From positions 46,137-110,136 of the forward strand of contig CAZWEO010000003.1 in NCBI GenBank assembly GCA_964633115.1: a DNA stretch of 64,000 nucleotides, written 5' to 3'. Positions 63,641 through 64,000 of this stretch are shown piece by piece. The DNA is from an uncultured Desulfobacterales bacterium (GTDB taxonomy: Bacteria; Desulfobacterota; Desulfobacteria; Desulfobacterales; B30-G6). The notes under the pieces were generated by a model. That model worked only from the letters and a program-made list of their open reading frames with translations. It searched no databases and had not been told where the DNA came from. The position numbers were made by a program, and so were the translations under genes. Numbering within the stretch: the first letter of the stretch is position 1; each line of letters begins with the position of its first letter.

Positions 63641-63642
63641 AC

Positions 63643-64000
63643 TCAGTTTAGGTCGGTCTTTGTAGGTGTTTGGAACATATTAACACCGGTAACAAAGGCG
63701 GAAACAAAACCCAATAGTACCACAGGGATTACTTGGAGGGCATGATTGGCCAGGGTAAACCCAGCGGCGTCCGTTTGAGAAACCCCGAGGGTCATCATGG
63801 CTAATATGCCTCCGGCTTCCCAGATTCCCCAATACCCAGGCACTGAGGGTAGGGCGATGAAGATGCAAATGATGACCATGACGGCCACCATTTCCGGAAA
63901 CGATATGCCAATACCGGGGCAGCCTAAGGAGAATACGTAATAAGACAAGGCGGCAATAAACCAGATCATAATCGAGAGCACCAGACAGAGCAACATTCTT
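63643..64000 (-). CDS. Flippase-like / LPG_synthase_TM (UPF0104) family membrane protein, C-terminal fragment
   Basis: ORF open to window end; ALPSVPGYWGIWEAGGILAMMTLGVSQTDAAGFTLANHALQVIPVVLLG pattern. Confidence 0.6.
   Translation of the reverse strand, partial: RMLLCLVLSIMIWFIAALSYYVFSLGCPGIGISFPEMVAVMVIICIFIALPSVPGYWGIWEAGGILAMMTLGVSQTDAAGFTLANHALQVIPVVLLGFVSAFVTGVNMFQTPTKTDLN

Noticed and set aside
63382-63642. 86-aa minus-strand ORF between def and the flippase-like gene
   Set aside because: It is Cys/Arg/Ser-rich with no RBS, starts inside the 24-bp palindrome and has no recognisable family. The region is treated as non-coding.

Overview
The window reads as a chromosomal segment from a Desulfobacterota-like (Desulfobacterales-type) bacterium. 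That assignment is an inference from gene content and order; I could run no search. All calls rest on reading the sequence and the ORF track by eye. Start codons, domain names and homology statements need HMM/BLAST and transcript-level confirmation.

**Positions 1-33.9 kb: flagellar super-cluster, + strand**
- Gene order: fliF(3' end)-fliG-fliH-fliI-fliJ-motE-like | fliK-flgD-flgE | motA-motB'-motB-fliL-fliM-fliN-fliO-fliP-fliQ-fliR-flhB-flhA-flhF-flhG-fliA, then a five-gene accessory block, then flgF-flgG-flgA-flgH-flgI-flgJ(rod-binding only) | flgN-flgK-flgL-csrA-fliW.
- The accessory block after fliA holds an acidic-repeat FliL paralogue, a K/R-rich small protein, a DUF2802-like protein, a second FliK-like protein and an FlhB-C-terminal (FlhX/YlqH-like) protein.
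- I found no flagellin, flgM, che genes, tRNA, rRNA or CRISPR array.

**Positions 34-64 kb**
- A SPOR/AMIN-like protein and a PAS hybrid histidine kinase.
- A sigma-54-driven prkA-DUF444-spoVR operon extended by a second, divergent PrkA-like ATPase.
- A lone receiver protein and an orphan Rha-family gene.
- A HEAT-repeat/HD-GYP operon.
- cinA and an alpha/beta hydrolase.
- A GAF-HD-GYP / SPFH-Zn-ribbon / double-Zn-ribbon operon.
- A tiny membrane protein coupled to an RSGxDRR-repeat peptide.
- The housekeeping run def-fmt-rsmB-PASTA-rpe on the - strand.

**Recurrent non-coding signals**
- Six well-spaced sigma-54 (-24/-12) promoters, two of which fall inside ORF-track N-terminal extensions.
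- One good and one weak sigma-28 promoter.
- A modular multi-hairpin repeat family present in three intergenic sites.
- An 18-nt tandem array of UNCG-type mini-hairpins inside an operon.
- A C-rich tract whose only G residues sit in CpG.

**Best candidates for something undescribed**
- (a) The Asp-less MotB paralogue wedged between motA and motB.
- (b) The fliA-coupled accessory block containing a second FliK/FlhB-C switch pair.
- (c) The four-gene prkA operon with a second PrkA.
- (d) The c-di-GMP-phosphodiesterase/SPFH/double-Zn-ribbon operon, with its probable ATT start and hairpin array.
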